Part shown: positions 63,268 through 64,000 of the stretch, one piece after another
How the letters are laid out: each line of letters starts with the position of its first letter
How positions within the stretch are numbered: position 1 is the first letter of the stretch
Source: a virus
Reading direction: 5' to 3' (one strand)
Virus record (IMG/VR): IMGVR_UViG_3300044632_001319
DNA length: 64,000 nt
Translations under genes and position numbers: made by a program
Notes under the pieces: model-generated
Databases searched by the model: none
What the model saw: the letters and a program-made list of their open reading frames with translations, nothing else
What the model was told of the DNA's origin: nothing

Positions 63268-63308
63268 ACAACCCCCCTACCCCCCGTCTATGGGGGGTTG
63301 TTTCTTTT
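63268..63308 (+). terminator. rho-independent terminator after nrdJ
   Basis: ACAACCCCCC / GGGGGGTTGT stem followed by TTCTTTT. Confidence 0.8.
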
Positions 63309-63315
63309 ATAAATA
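63308..63315 (+). promoter_or_regulatory. T4-type late promoter TATAAATA
   Basis: Exact consensus followed by an AGGAG RBS and ATG 63333. Confidence 0.78.
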
Positions 63316-63332
63316 CTGGTAGGAGACATCAT

Positions 63333-64000
63333 ATGAAAAGTATTATAGCAACGGCAGCATCTTTTTTATTGATGGTTAGTTCAAGTTTTGGTCAGACTAA
63401 TCCTGATGCAAAGATTAATCTGATTCTAGAATCACCAGAAACAACAGTTTCTGTTGGAGAAACATTTGAAGTTCCAATTTTAATGGCAGCAGCAACAGAA
63501 CCACAAAGATATATTGTATCTGATATAATCTTTGGTTGGGATCAAACAAAACTTGAGTTTCTTGGTATAAGTCACGTTGGTTCGCATCCAAATATTTGGG
63601 TTCCCCCAAGTGGTATGCCATGCCCCGCTGGTTATCAAAATTGTGCTGGTATTGGTACTGACTACACACAGATCAATGAAGCAATTCCACCCGCAGATGG
63701 TAATGGACTCTACTACGGATATGGTGCTCTTGGATATGTGTTTATAGTGAATCAACAACCCATTCAAATTGTTCGTTTACAATTTAAAGTTTTAGAATCA
63801 TTTGTTCAAACCGAAGTTAAGGTTCTTCCAGAATACAATACTGTTATCGAAAACAAAACAGTAATCTATGGAAGCAATATTCCAGGATTATCTGTTCTTG
63901 GTACAATAACCGATGCAGTCATCTTTGGAACTCCCGCACCCGCTGGAGATTTTAACGGAGATGGTGTAGTTGGATCTGAAGATATGGCAGCATTACTGGG
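63333..64000 (+). CDS. secreted cohesin-like + dockerin-like protein (3' truncated)
   Basis: Open to the window end and absent from the ORF track: MKSIIATAASFLLMVSSSFG (signal), TVSVGETFEVPI...FGWDQTKLEF...LQFKVL (cohesin-like), GDFNGDGVVGSEDMAALL (dockerin-like). Confidence 0.75.
   Translation, partial: MKSIIATAASFLLMVSSSFGQTNPDAKINLILESPETTVSVGETFEVPILMAAATEPQRYIVSDIIFGWDQTKLEFLGISHVGSHPNIWVPPSGMPCPAGYQNCAGIGTDYTQINEAIPPADGNGLYYGYGALGYVFIVNQQPIQIVRLQFKVLESFVQTEVKVLPEYNTVIENKTVIYGSNIPGLSVLGTITDAVIFGTPAPAGDFNGDGVVGSEDMAALL

Noticed and set aside
63415-63767. Two minus-strand ORFs at the window end
   Set aside because: Antisense to the better-supported + strand gene starting at 63333.

Overview
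This window is 64 kb of an AT-rich T4-like myophage genome, with all credible genes on the + strand. In order it carries: packaging, tail and head genes (gp16-gp23, gp3); uvsY/uvsW, gp55 and the gp47-46-45-44-62-regA cluster; a ~13 kb glycan-synthesis island; a tail-fibre/collagen/RCC1 structural block; a sulfotransferase-GT9 fusion with ADP-heptose-type genes; dUTPase and a DNA methylase; a B-family DNA polymerase split into two genes around a cassette (SpoU RNA methylase, three tRNAs, a PEP-CTERM-type protein, a ferritin-like gene); uvsX, helicase, primase, thyX and class II RNR; and a truncated secreted cohesin-like/dockerin-like gene. The PTP-type CTERM tail and the dockerin-like motifs suggest a Planctomycetota (Phycisphaerae-like) host, which is inference. 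The most unusual candidates are (1) a phage cohesin/dockerin/PEP-CTERM surface system, (2) a virion glycosylation, heptosylation and sulfation system, and (3) the split polymerase holding a tRNA-plus-modifier cassette. All family calls come from motif recognition and gene order. No database searches were run.
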